A program made the translations under genes and the position numbers. A model generated the notes under the pieces. The model was not told the DNA's origin, made no database searches, and worked only from the letters and a program-made list of their open reading frames with translations. Below are positions 1-9,386 of a stretch of 64,000 nt of DNA, one piece after another (position 1 is the first letter of the stretch; each line of letters begins with the position of its first letter). The stretch spans positions 7,449 through 71,448 of the forward strand of contig CAZVFY010000003.1 of the NCBI GenBank assembly GCA_964626635.1. Reading direction: 5' to 3'. This DNA is from an uncultured Candidatus Saccharibacteria bacterium. Lineage in GTDB: Bacteria; Patescibacteriota; Minisyncoccia; Phycocordibacterales; UBA918.

Positions 1-2
1 TG

Positions 3-146
3 GTTAATGCCCCAGCAGTTCCAGTCGCTATGGCCCATGTATGTCCAAAGTGCGGAAGTGAACTTACCAAGCGTAAGGGTAAATATGGTCTGTTTCTCGG
101 TTGTACTACGTACCCAGATTGTGACTATACAGAGAAACTTACCTAA
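3..146 (+). CDS. 3' end of a protein with a topoisomerase-type C4 zinc ribbon (partial)
   Basis: Manual translation ...HVCPKCGSELTKRKGKYGLFLGCTTYPDCDYTEKLT* matches the CPxCG...G.FLGC..YP.C.Y motif. The stop overlaps the stop of the convergent gene. Confidence 0.8.
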   Translation, partial: VNAPAVPVAMAHVCPKCGSELTKRKGKYGLFLGCTTYPDCDYTEKLT

Positions 147-1618
147 GTTCGTAGCTTACTCAACTCATCAGTAAACATCTCTAATCCCTCATTCTGTTTC
201 GGAATGAGGTTTTGTATTGTAATACTTGGGTCAGGTAAGAAGGTTTGTATTGGATATTTAATGTTTCCCTTACTATAGATAATCTCCTGCACGTGCTCAT
301 CGGTGTTCCGTAGGTAGAAATTTAGAGTGTTGATGGAGTCTGAAATTTCAGCAAGGTGTTGTAACACTTTCTCACTTAAATCCTCTCCAATAATTTCTGA
401 CATTCTCTCAGCAATAGCCTTGAAAGCTAGTAGATGACTATAGCTCTCAAATACTGACGATTCATGGACTAGAAAAGCTGGATAACTGTACATCATTAAG
501 TCAGTAATTTGATTTTGATAATCATCCACAAATGGTAGTTGTATATTTGATTGCACAAGACTTTCTCCAGTTATAAACGTCTTGTTGAGACACGCTTCAA
601 AAAACTTAGTCGGACATTCTTTAAGTACTAGGACACCACTAGAAATATATTGCTGTAGCAGATTTACTGTTTTATCTTTAGCCTTTAACCAAAGTCGCAT
701 TATTTTATCGTGTCTGATTTCGGTTTCGCCTTCGAAAGTCAGATGCCCCTCGCTGTTACACAGCGGTGTATATTCATTAAAAAATAGACCTTCACGTATG
801 GTGTCCCGAACAATACCCTCAAGCTTGTATTTCAGATCAGGTAGCTTAGCCAGTTCAGCATGAAGCTCGTCTTCAGTTTTGAATAAAATACTGTTTCGAC
901 TAGCTAATCGTTTCCCGAAGCTAAGTAAAGGATAGCCAGCAAAGTGAGTTTTAAAGACAACCTCTTTAACGCTTATTTTTACTACACTAAAATTAGCCTC
1001 TTGCCCCCAAGGGATTGAGTCGATAACTATCTTGGTAAGAAGGTCTACTTCTTTTTCAGAGAGTGACTGCTTACTAGTAAGGATACGGGCTAGTTGCTCC
1101 TCAGCTAAAAAGTATGAGTGATCTGATGTTACAGAAGGATCGAGTAGTAATATATCCTGCTGAAGTTTTTTAGGTAATGAATAGAATGTATACAGATGCA
1201 CCAGTCTGTCATATTCAAAGCCAGAGTGCTGTAAAAAGAAGTTGCGAAACTCTTTGGTATGATCATCGGGAATTACTCGACTAAGAAAGTGCTCATGTTG
1301 CTTTGGACTATCACTTTTATAGTAAAACATTTGAGCAATCTGCTCCAAGCGAGCAATAGATAACTGCGACACCAAGTATGAGGTCTGCATATCTATTTCG
1401 AGGCGGCCGAACATGTTCCAAACATCTAGATATTTATTGTACTGCTCAGCTTCTCTATAATCACGAGGTTTCCAACTCGTTGTCAGGGCTACAATATCAG
1501 CTTCAGTAACAAGACCCTTCCCAGTCTTTCGCTCATGAGCTTCATTTCGTATCACTAACAAAACTCGCTCCCGAGGGGATAGATTTCCTTTAGCAAGTAA
1601 TTTAGTAATGTCTTTCAT
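143..1618 (-). CDS. Hypothetical protein, last gene of the methylase operon
   Basis: 491-aa ORF tightly coupled to upstream ORFs; no recognisable motif. Confidence 0.8.
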   Translation of the reverse strand: MKDITKLLAKGNLSPRERVLLVIRNEAHERKTGKGLVTEADIVALTTSWKPRDYREAEQYNKYLDVWNMFGRLEIDMQTSYLVSQLSIARLEQIAQMFYYKSDSPKQHEHFLSRVIPDDHTKEFRNFFLQHSGFEYDRLVHLYTFYSLPKKLQQDILLLDPSVTSDHSYFLAEEQLARILTSKQSLSEKEVDLLTKIVIDSIPWGQEANFSVVKISVKEVVFKTHFAGYPLLSFGKRLASRNSILFKTEDELHAELAKLPDLKYKLEGIVRDTIREGLFFNEYTPLCNSEGHLTFEGETEIRHDKIMRLWLKAKDKTVNLLQQYISSGVLVLKECPTKFFEACLNKTFITGESLVQSNIQLPFVDDYQNQITDLMMYSYPAFLVHESSVFESYSHLLAFKAIAERMSEIIGEDLSEKVLQHLAEISDSINTLNFYLRNTDEHVQEIIYSKGNIKYPIQTFLPDPSITIQNLIPKQNEGLEMFTDELSKLRT

Positions 1619-1620
1619 AG

Positions 1621-1827
1621 TTACTTTCTTTGAGTAAGCATTTGTTCCAGTACATCGATACGCTGTTTGAGTTCCATGTTAGTAATGTTTTTAGACAAGG
1701 CTAACGCTATTCGAGATATGACCTGAGCCCGCTTAGGTGAAATCTTTCGAGCGGCTACTTGAAGCAGAGCATCGGAGAGGATTTCATTAACTTCAGCTAA
1801 GTCTAGTGTTTTCTTTATTTCTTTCAT
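1621..1827 (-). CDS. Small hypothetical protein (coiled-coil C-terminus)
   Basis: 68-aa ORF with 2-3 nt gaps to both neighbours in the operon. Confidence 0.7.
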   Translation of the reverse strand: MKEIKKTLDLAEVNEILSDALLQVAARKISPKRAQVISRIALALSKNITNMELKQRIDVLEQMLTQRK

Positions 1828-1830
1828 AAG

Positions 1831-2217
1831 CTAAAAGTTTTCGATTATTTCAAACCAAGTTTTTACCTCTTTTGATTTACCGTACTTGGTCGCATTTTTA
1901 TACAAGGCCAACACTACGTTTGGTGTCAATTTTCTGGCCCATGTATAGGTATGTTCAAGTAAGCCCTCGTCTTCGATCCGTTTATTCCAGTCAGTGAGTG
2001 TGCCAAGGTCTTTGACGTTGTAGTGTGAAGCAAAGTCTTTTTGGGTCTTTATCTGCAATAACTCAATGGTGATGTCGTCATCAATACCCATCTTTCTAAG
2101 TACAGCGTCAGGTTGACCTCGCAGGAATGTCGGCAGTGATTTCCACGTCACATACGCCGCAAAGTCCTGTTTGCGATATACACCAGTATTTCTTTTTTCA
2201 TTAGACTGTACGCTCAT
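1831..2217 (-). CDS. Helix-turn-helix protein, phBC6A51/terminase-small-subunit-like
   Basis: W.SLP...KTQKDFA..YNV...TLTDW.K and V..ALYK.A...G....VK.W patterns. Overlaps the methylase stop. Confidence 0.55.
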   Translation of the reverse strand: MSVQSNEKRNTGVYRKQDFAAYVTWKSLPTFLRGQPDAVLRKMGIDDDITIELLQIKTQKDFASHYNVKDLGTLTDWNKRIEDEGLLEHTYTWARKLTPNVVLALYKNATKYGKSKEVKTWFEIIENF

Positions 2218-2974
2218 ACTTTGTGATCAATACTCGCTTCTGCTTTGTTAGTGCCTCTAGTCTTTTTAGACATATCTCTACATACTCAGAGTCTTGTTCA
2301 ATTCCGATACAGATACGACCGAGTTGAGCACAAGCAACAGCGGTACTGCCACTTCCTAGAAAACCGTCATACACCACATCACCAATACTGGTGACGTTTT
2401 GTATCAGCTTACGTAATAGTCCAATTGGCTTTTGGGTCGGGTGGAGTTTTGACTTCTGTGGTCGAGGATGGAAGATGGCGCTACTCATCTGAGCTTTCAC
2501 TCGTTTATGTTTCTTATACCAACCATAAGCAATCAGCTCCTGTTGGGGAAGGTAATCCATACGACCCATTACCGATTGGTTCTTGATCCATATCAGCATC
2601 TGGCTAAAGTGTAGCCCTGCGGTATGCATACCTGTGCGAAGAGCTAGAAACATCGTGTCGCAATTGAAGATATGGAAGGTGTTATATGAGTTCAAATGCG
2701 GTTGGATTGCTTCAATCCATGACTGAGTAAACCGAGCGTACTCATATTCGCTCTGTATGTGATCACCCTTAATCGCTTTAGCGTTTTTCTTGCCAAGTTC
2801 AGCTACTCCTACTTTGTTCTCAACGTACGCCACTCCATAAGGCGGATCGGTCACAACTGATTGAATCTTTTTGGTACCAATGACCATCGCTACAAAATCT
2901 TTGTTAAGTGAGTCTCCACAAGCAACTATATGACTACCAACTGAGTATATTTCTCCTGCTGTTACAGTTTTCAT
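2201..2974 (-). CDS. N4/N6 DNA methyltransferase (beta class)
   Basis: TDPPY catalytic motif, HPTQKP, and YDGFLGSGST SAM-binding motif. Confidence 0.9.
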   Translation of the reverse strand: MKTVTAGEIYSVGSHIVACGDSLNKDFVAMVIGTKKIQSVVTDPPYGVAYVENKVGVAELGKKNAKAIKGDHIQSEYEYARFTQSWIEAIQPHLNSYNTFHIFNCDTMFLALRTGMHTAGLHFSQMLIWIKNQSVMGRMDYLPQQELIAYGWYKKHKRVKAQMSSAIFHPRPQKSKLHPTQKPIGLLRKLIQNVTSIGDVVYDGFLGSGSTAVACAQLGRICIGIEQDSEYVEICLKRLEALTKQKRVLITKYERTV

Positions 2975-4254
2975 ATTCGCTTAGCTGTTAGCTTGGTAAA
3001 TTTTTCCCATCTATCAATGATGATGCTGGCGAATACTGGATCTTGTTCTACTCCAAACCAGATACGGCGTAATTGCTCGCAGTCAATTAGGTCGCTACCA
3101 CTACCACCAAAGCCATAGAAGACGACGTGACCTGGAGCAGTGCATCGTCTGAGTGGCTTTTCGTTTAGACTGACTGGCTTTTGAGTTGGATGAAGATAGC
3201 TCTGCACATCGTCTCGCTTCACAATCCAGAGGTCGATCATATCTAAGAGCTCGTTGTGGAGCTGGTTGCCAGTAGTGACTTCTTGATTAAGGATTTCGTT
3301 TACGTTCTTGAGATTATTGTTTAGAAAGGCTTTACCTGTCGTGCCGTAGATTGCGGGCTCATGTACTCGGTTAAACGCAACCTTCGGCGTCATGTTCTGA
3401 TTATTCTTTACCCAATAGCAGATACGCCTGAAGAGTATCTTGCGTTGTTTATACAGTGCTTGAATTGCTCCCACGTACTTAGCGTCACACCAGTACAGAT
3501 AGTGAGCATCGGCATGAGCTATTACTTTAGCCGTACTGATACTTGCTTCAATAAACGCGTAGTACTCAGCATCACTCATCGAGTCTTTCTTGCTAGAGTA
3601 CTGACCCCCGTATTCCTTAGTGTTACTAATTCCTTTGTTATATGAAAGCCCAATGTTATAGGGCATATCTTGAAAGATGAAGTGGGCTTTTGTTTCTCCC
3701 ATAAACGTTGATACCAGTTCTTTATCAGTAGAGTCTCCTACGAGTAATCGGTGCTCTCCTAATTGCCACACTTCGCCAACCTTTGCTCGGGGTTCGTTCA
3801 TCTCTTCAATTGCTTTGTCGACATCGTATTCATCTTCGGCTAATTCAACATCATCGAAGAAGTTCTGTAGTTCGTCATCCTCGAATCCAACATCAAGTAG
3901 AACAGATAGGTCGAAATTCTTTAGGAGCTCGTCATCCCAAGAGCCAGTATTTTTGTTGAGTCTAAGATTCAGCTCACGCTCTTCTTCTAGTGATAGTTCC
4001 CGAGAAGGGATCATGCATTCGACTGTCTTGTATCCTAAGTCAGCGTAGATTTTTATTCTCTGCTCGCCCCCGATGATTACATCAGCCCGTGAATCAATAT
4101 TGAGAACTACTGGCACAACCGCACCGAATGTCTCAATCGATTTCTGCAGGTCTTGTTTTTGGTTACCACTAACTTTACGTGGGTTGTATCCGTTAGGTGT
4201 AAGGTCTTGCACCTTACGAGTGGTGGATGACCACGTTATCTTTTTTGTTTTCAT
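2971..4254 (-). CDS. ParB-like N-terminal domain fused to N4/N6 DNA methyltransferase
   Basis: YNPRK...IIGGEQR ParB-like domain; LGEHRLLVGDST, QDMPYN, HPTQKP, GFGGSGS. Confidence 0.88.
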   Translation of the reverse strand: MKTKKITWSSTTRKVQDLTPNGYNPRKVSGNQKQDLQKSIETFGAVVPVVLNIDSRADVIIGGEQRIKIYADLGYKTVECMIPSRELSLEEERELNLRLNKNTGSWDDELLKNFDLSVLLDVGFEDDELQNFFDDVELAEDEYDVDKAIEEMNEPRAKVGEVWQLGEHRLLVGDSTDKELVSTFMGETKAHFIFQDMPYNIGLSYNKGISNTKEYGGQYSSKKDSMSDAEYYAFIEASISTAKVIAHADAHYLYWCDAKYVGAIQALYKQRKILFRRICYWVKNNQNMTPKVAFNRVHEPAIYGTTGKAFLNNNLKNVNEILNQEVTTGNQLHNELLDMIDLWIVKRDDVQSYLHPTQKPVSLNEKPLRRCTAPGHVVFYGFGGSGSDLIDCEQLRRIWFGVEQDPVFASIIIDRWEKFTKLTAKRI

Positions 4255-4407
4255 AAGACTTATATTTAGGCACGTTGTTATACGTGTTAAGTCTCATGGT
4301 GGCACCTAAAAATAAACCTCCAAAATGGAGGAAATTGGAGGAAACTTTAGAAAAAGTAGAAGGTGTCTTGTGGTATTTAAGCTTATCCACAGCCATTTTC
4401 CTCCACA

Positions 4408-5553
4408 CTACTCCAATGAGTATAAATTGTTGAATCTGATACTCGTACGAGAAATATTGAAGATTGGCTGATTGTCATTTGGGTGCGAATTTATGATTTC
4501 ATGTTTCTTTAGTAGTTGCTCAAAACTTGTGTTGTTTCCAATAAGTTGAGTGCGATATTTTTCAGGATCATTTTCTACTCCGTCTGGTAGGAGTTTGATG
4601 AATTCATTTATATTTAATTCAATAACACCCTTTGGCATATACCGAATAACATTCTTAAACAGTTGTATGTACTGGTAGTCATCACCCTTGTTTGTTGTTT
4701 TGTATAAAAGTTTACTGTTTTGAAAATATATATGGTCCTGTTTAATTTCGAACAGCTTTGCTTGCTGTATTTCAGAGAGAGCAAAGACAATGCTGTTATG
4801 TAGACGACTTAAGTCTTGTGATATCCCTGCTTGGGGGTAGGCGTTTGTTGCACTAAGGGTGGCCTGTTTAATTTTATTTATATATGTGACACGAGCTATT
4901 GGTTTCTGCATCATTTCTACAAATTCACTCAATGTGATTTTAGTGCCATCATTAAAATTCAACATTTGATGATAAAGCTTCACTCCTCGCATTAATGCAC
5001 CAGATACAGACAAAGCATCCTGATCATGAAATGTTCTGTGAAGTCCTAAAAAGTCAGCTCGCTTTTCAAACGCAATTAGATTATCACTCCTCATATCTTT
5101 AGCAGGATTAAAAGTCTCGTTGAGAAATGACCTTGCTTCATCTTCATATCCTAATCTCTGCAATTCCTTCACTGCATCAAGTAATTCAAGTTCATTTGAG
5201 CCAAGCGGATGTTCATTTGAACCATGGTGGTTATGGGTCGCAAACGTCCGAAGACAATTTATCCGATCAGCAAGTAGAGCATTACTTTTTAAATCATTCT
5301 TTTCAACTATAGCTTCAAGCATTTCAACTGCCTTACCCGCATTCTGAACAATCTCATCGTATTTATTTTGAAGTACTTTGAGATCATTTTCTCTGGCTAC
5401 TACTGCTGGTACTAAATGTTCAATCAAAGTAAATCCATCAGTAACTAAAAAACTAAAATAGTCAGCAAAGGCAGTAAGGAAAGTGTTTGTGGAGTGACTG
5501 TTTTGCTGTGTGGATTCATACAGCTTTTGCTCCTTATCTACCATGCTTTTCAT
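4408..5553 (-). CDS. Hypothetical protein
   Basis: 381-aa AT-rich ORF upstream of the methylase operon. Confidence 0.75.
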   Translation of the reverse strand: MKSMVDKEQKLYESTQQNSHSTNTFLTAFADYFSFLVTDGFTLIEHLVPAVVARENDLKVLQNKYDEIVQNAGKAVEMLEAIVEKNDLKSNALLADRINCLRTFATHNHHGSNEHPLGSNELELLDAVKELQRLGYEDEARSFLNETFNPAKDMRSDNLIAFEKRADFLGLHRTFHDQDALSVSGALMRGVKLYHQMLNFNDGTKITLSEFVEMMQKPIARVTYINKIKQATLSATNAYPQAGISQDLSRLHNSIVFALSEIQQAKLFEIKQDHIYFQNSKLLYKTTNKGDDYQYIQLFKNVIRYMPKGVIELNINEFIKLLPDGVENDPEKYRTQLIGNNTSFEQLLKKHEIINSHPNDNQPIFNISRTSIRFNNLYSLE

Positions 5554-5707
5554 AGCTAAATAGTATCACTTTGAGCATATTTATACAGAAAACCAAATCG
5601 CCCAAGAATTGGCATTGTTTGGCATTTGGGTCTTGAGTATGGGAACGGGGTTGATTTTTCCATATTTTATGACATTGTACTAATGGAAATAGAAACTTTG
5701 ACTCGAG

Positions 5708-5899
5708 GTGAACAAGATGAACGTCTTTAAACTCTTCTTCAATTGGCTTGGCGAAAAGTTTGGCGCCTGGCTTCAAAAAGTCGGCGAGGAAAATCGCCCT
5801 ATAGAGAGCGACTACGATGCTCCGTTCGACGATGAACCGATGTTCAGCCGTTCAGATCTTATGCCTGACGAGCGAGGCGATTTTGACAATCGGTTCTGA
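5708..5899 (+). CDS. Small hypothetical protein (amphipathic N-terminus, acidic C-terminus)
   Basis: 63-aa ORF; GAGGTG SD precedes ATG at 5717, the likely start. Confidence 0.55.
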   Translation: MNKMNVFKLFFNWLGEKFGAWLQKVGEENRPIESDYDAPFDDEPMFSRSDLMPDERGDFDNRF

Positions 5900-6011
5900 A
5901 ATGTGTTGACAAAGTACATTTTTTTGTGTTGAATACAAGAACTCGCAGGCTTACGAGAAGCTGTGAGCGTTCCTAGGAAACTGAAACCCTTCAACCTCAT
6001 GAGGTGAAACA

Positions 6012-6500
6012 ATGCAAGCGAAAAGCAACCTTGCGGCCCTTTCGGTCCGCGCGAAACTCGCCAATGATCCGGCGCTCTTGGATCGGATGATGGCCTACGA
6101 CCACCCGGCGCTCCGTGAGCGCATGCAGGTCAAGTACGGTTGGAGTCCGGAGAAGACCGACGAGCTGTTCGGCGAGATGAAGAAGTTCATGTATCTCTGC
6201 GCGACCAACGACGGTGCCATGGCACCGCCCGAGGACATCGACGAGATCTGGCACAACTTCATCCTGTTCACCGGCGACTATGCCGACTACTGTCAGGACA
6301 CTGTCGGCATGTTCCTTCATCACCAGCCGCTCACGGTCGCCCAGCGCGCCCAAAGCGACGGCTCGATGATCACGAACACGCTGGACGCTGCCCGTCGTGC
6401 CTTCGGCGACGATGTGCCCGAGAAGTACTGGTCCTTCCAGAAGATCCCGGGCAGCTGTGGGCCGGGCACCTGTGGTGCTTCGACCAACTGCCAAGGCTGA
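6012..6500 (+). CDS. Glycine-rich-domain (GRDP/DUF1399-like) protein with Cys-rich tail
   Basis: E.KKFMYL...PP..IDEIWH.FILFT..Y..YC...FLHH.P family motif; GAGGTG SD; TTGACA at 5906; high-GC codon usage. Confidence 0.8.
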   Translation: MQAKSNLAALSVRAKLANDPALLDRMMAYDHPALRERMQVKYGWSPEKTDELFGEMKKFMYLCATNDGAMAPPEDIDEIWHNFILFTGDYADYCQDTVGMFLHHQPLTVAQRAQSDGSMITNTLDAARRAFGDDVPEKYWSFQKIPGSCGPGTCGASTNCQG

Positions 6501-6581
6501 CGATCGGCCGACGGCAATCATGAATCGCGCGTCATCCTTTCGAGGGTGGCGCGCATTTTTTTCACAACCAGAGGAATCATT

Positions 6582-7085
6582 ATGGATAACTGGAGAATTG
6601 TTCCTGCTACCCCAGAAGATGCACCGAGGTTGTCGCGTCTTATGGATAGATTGGAGTCAGAAAGTGACTTCATGATGTATGAAGTTCAAGAAGTTCCAAC
6701 TAGGGAGCTGCTTCGCCGACGCCTTGAAGCAGGAGTTAAAACTACGAAAGAGACCTTTCTGCTTGCAATTGCAAACGAAGATATCTATGGATACGCACTA
6801 GTATTCCGTGGAAATTTTGCTCGCAATTGTGGTGTAGGGACTCTCGCACTGGGTGTTGCAAGGGCTGCACAAGGGTATGGCATCGGATCAGCGCTCATCG
6901 CAGAATCGATTGCTTGGGCTAAACATCAGGGTCTGTACCGACTCCAACTACAAGTTCAAACTAGCAATACGGGGGCGTTTCGTCTTTACCAGAAGTTTGG
7001 TTTCCAAAACGAAGGCACTCTATACCGTTGCGCACTTGTGAATGGTAAGTACGTCGACAAGTACCAGATGGCCCTTCTGTTGTAA
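6582..7085 (+). CDS. GNAT family N-acetyltransferase
   Basis: QGYGIGSAL acetyl-CoA motif and N..A..LY.KFGF..EG; GAGGA SD before ATG 6582. Confidence 0.9.
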   Translation: MDNWRIVPATPEDAPRLSRLMDRLESESDFMMYEVQEVPTRELLRRRLEAGVKTTKETFLLAIANEDIYGYALVFRGNFARNCGVGTLALGVARAAQGYGIGSALIAESIAWAKHQGLYRLQLQVQTSNTGAFRLYQKFGFQNEGTLYRCALVNGKYVDKYQMALLL

Positions 7086-7158
7086 CTGGAACCCTGTTTT
7101 ACGAATGTATTTCAGGGTTTCTTTTTTTCTTAAGCTTCTATACAATAACTTTACTATT

Positions 7159-7755
7159 ATGAATGAAAAACAAACCAAATGGGACGAGGGATTTAAAGCT
7201 GGTCGAGACTACAATCCAATGAATGAAATTTTATTGGATCTTATTTTAAATAAAGTCGAGAACGACAAAAAGAATGCTATTGATCTTGGTTGCGGTACCG
7301 GTGATGCTGTGATGAAACTCGCTAAACGTGGAATGACCGTTACGGGTACGGATTGGTCGCCTGAAGCATTACATAAAGCACAGGAGCGCGCCGAAGTAGA
7401 GGGTGTAGCAGAAAATATAAACTTTCAAGAGGTGGATCTTGATTTATTAGCAGAAGCTAATTTAGACAAAGGTCGGGCGGATATAATCCTGTGCAAATTA
7501 GTTATAGCATTTGTATCTGACAAAAAAGCTTTTTGTGAAGAAGTGAAAACATTGATGAATAAGAATGGTGTTTTTGTAATACAAACACCTGTATTACATG
7601 AATCAGTAAAATACACATCCGAAGACAAACCTGGCATTGCCGTTCAATACGTTGAATTTAAAAACATGCTAGAGGATGTATTTACAGACGTAATAGAATT
7701 TAATCACTCCTACTATAGTGATCGTGGTGATCTGGTCACATTTTTGGTGAAGTAA
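7159..7755 (+). CDS. Class I SAM-dependent methyltransferase
   Basis: IDLGCGTG motif I and GTDWS motif II; start moved to ATG 7159. Confidence 0.88.
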   Translation: MNEKQTKWDEGFKAGRDYNPMNEILLDLILNKVENDKKNAIDLGCGTGDAVMKLAKRGMTVTGTDWSPEALHKAQERAEVEGVAENINFQEVDLDLLAEANLDKGRADIILCKLVIAFVSDKKAFCEEVKTLMNKNGVFVIQTPVLHESVKYTSEDKPGIAVQYVEFKNMLEDVFTDVIEFNHSYYSDRGDLVTFLVK

Positions 7756-7880
7756 GTCTTCTGACCTACATTTAGTTATATTTTGACCCCGACCCACTTA
7801 CCTAAATTGATCTAGCCCAAAGACCCTAAAATGCCCTTACAAGGCCTTGCCTGTGGGGTACTTAACCCACATAGCCCGCA

Positions 7881-7939
7881 ACAAAACCAGCAAGCAATGA
7901 CTTGCTGATTTTTGGTTAGGGAGTGGGCTGGTCGAACTT
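7881..7939 (+). repeat. Cassette right arm B, copy 1
   Basis: ACAAAACCAGCAAG..CTTGCTGATTTTTGGTTAGGGAGTG..TCGAACTT, similar to 9246-9305 and 11377-11435; follows core AGCCCGCA. Confidence 0.9.
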
Positions 7940-8020
7940 ACTATGATTTTTTATAAAAAAGTGTATGTTGTTTAATGGCTGCACATTACATTTCAACGTC
8001 CACATACAGGAGGAACTACC

Positions 8021-9136
8021 ATGGACGCAGTTCAAGCAACGAACGGAGCGACCACGGTCACTCCTACGAATACGCCGACGTGGTGGCATCAAGACGAAGC
8101 ATCAGGGCGCATTGACCCTGCTCTACTTGCTCCCGATCCCGAACAACCCCGAAAGCACATGGATGAGGCTGCACTTGAGGAACTTACCGAAAGTGTTGCC
8201 TCTGTTGGAGTGCGTGAACCGATCACCGTTACCCCGTGCGACAAAGCTCCCTGGTCAACTACTGATAACCAACATCAAGGATTGCCGTTCTTGGTGGTTA
8301 GCGGGCATCGGCGCACACGTGCAGCGATCAACGCACAGCTCGACTCCGTTCCCATACGTGTGAGGATCTATACCAGTGCTCAAGAGCACGAACTTGATCG
8401 TTCGCTCCTGAACAAAAATCGAGCTGATCTGACTGAACTCGAAGAGGGGTATGAAATCGTCCGACTCAAGGAGAAGGGTTTGACCCTCGGTGAGTTGGGT
8501 AAGGCGTTTGGATGTTCGGTTACACACCTGTATAACCGTATGCACCTGACCGCGCTTCACCCAAGTCTACAGGAGATGCTCGATCCTGCTCTACCACCCA
8601 AACGGCGTTTACCGACAACAGTTGGTGCAGCGCTGGGTAGCGTAAAGGTTCCGACAGTAGAAGAGCTGGAGGGATTGCACGCCTCATTTGGTGATATGAC
8701 CACTCAATCAGTTGAAGAAGTTGAGTATCTAGATGACACAGAACGTCGTCTCCACGTTCAACTTCTTTTCCACGATGTGATTAATGCCCGAAGTTTAAGT
8801 TCCGTCCGAGCAGTTGCTCTTGTGAAAGAGCACGCACTCAAGTTGAGTGCTTCGGGTACAGGTAGACACCCACGAGTCAAACGTCAAGAGCCAGCGCGGC
8901 GTCGAGAACTGTTTGATACATGGTTGTCTAGTCTTTCAGACTCGCCCATCATTGATTGGCGACCTGAAGAATGGCGTCGTGTCTTCGAGTACGTTTCTTA
9001 TGAGGACTTGGAAGAGATTATCGGCAATGTTCAAGACGCAACTGGTTTGCTTATTCAAATCAAAAAGCGTCTTGAGTCGATCAAATCAACCAAGCGACCG
9101 ACTTCTGAAGCGGTGAAGCGGGCGCTTGATAGTTAG
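8021..9136 (+). CDS. ParB/RepB/Spo0J family protein (cassette cargo)
   Basis: PEQPRK, GVREPI.V, SGHRR.RAA, R.DL...EE and an HTH; AGGAGG SD. Confidence 0.9.
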   Translation: MDAVQATNGATTVTPTNTPTWWHQDEASGRIDPALLAPDPEQPRKHMDEAALEELTESVASVGVREPITVTPCDKAPWSTTDNQHQGLPFLVVSGHRRTRAAINAQLDSVPIRVRIYTSAQEHELDRSLLNKNRADLTELEEGYEIVRLKEKGLTLGELGKAFGCSVTHLYNRMHLTALHPSLQEMLDPALPPKRRLPTTVGAALGSVKVPTVEELEGLHASFGDMTTQSVEEVEYLDDTERRLHVQLLFHDVINARSLSSVRAVALVKEHALKLSASGTGRHPRVKRQEPARRRELFDTWLSSLSDSPIIDWRPEEWRRVFEYVSYEDLEEIIGNVQDATGLLIQIKKRLESIKSTKRPTSEAVKRALDS

Positions 9137-9151
9137 TCGCCCCACCACAGA

Positions 9152-9187
9152 GAGCACCCCGCTTTCAGTGGTGGGGTGTTTTCTTTT
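9152..9187 (+). terminator. Intrinsic terminator after the ParB cargo
   Basis: GCACCCCGC..GTGGGGTGT stem followed by a T-run. Confidence 0.7.
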
Positions 9188-9305
9188 ATTTAAATAACCA
9201 CTTCCTCCATCAAAGCGGTTCTAACGTCATCTAGGTACCTCCGCAACGAAAATCAGCAAGCTATAGCTTGCTGATTTTTGGTTAGGGAGTGAGATACTCG
9301 AACTT
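9186..9305 (+). repeat. Composite site: left arm A (9186-9245) + right arm B (9246-9305)
   Basis: A repeats at 10162-10220 and 12115-12174; B repeats at 7881 and 11377; junction core CCTCCGCA. Confidence 0.92.
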
Positions 9306-9386
9306 TTCTTGTATATCGTGCTTTTATGTGGCATTGTTGCTGTCGAACGGACACCCTGTCCACCCAGTACATAAAGGATCATTCAC

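Noticed and set aside
9219-9287. Classical integron attC (TTCTAAC ... GTTAGGG resembles the R boxes)
   Set aside because: Both boxes deviate from RYYYAAC/GTTRRRY, the hairpin is off-centre, the third B copy lacks GTT, and arm exchange maps to the CCGCA core rather than G|TT. No intI is in the window. An IntegronFinder run would settle it.
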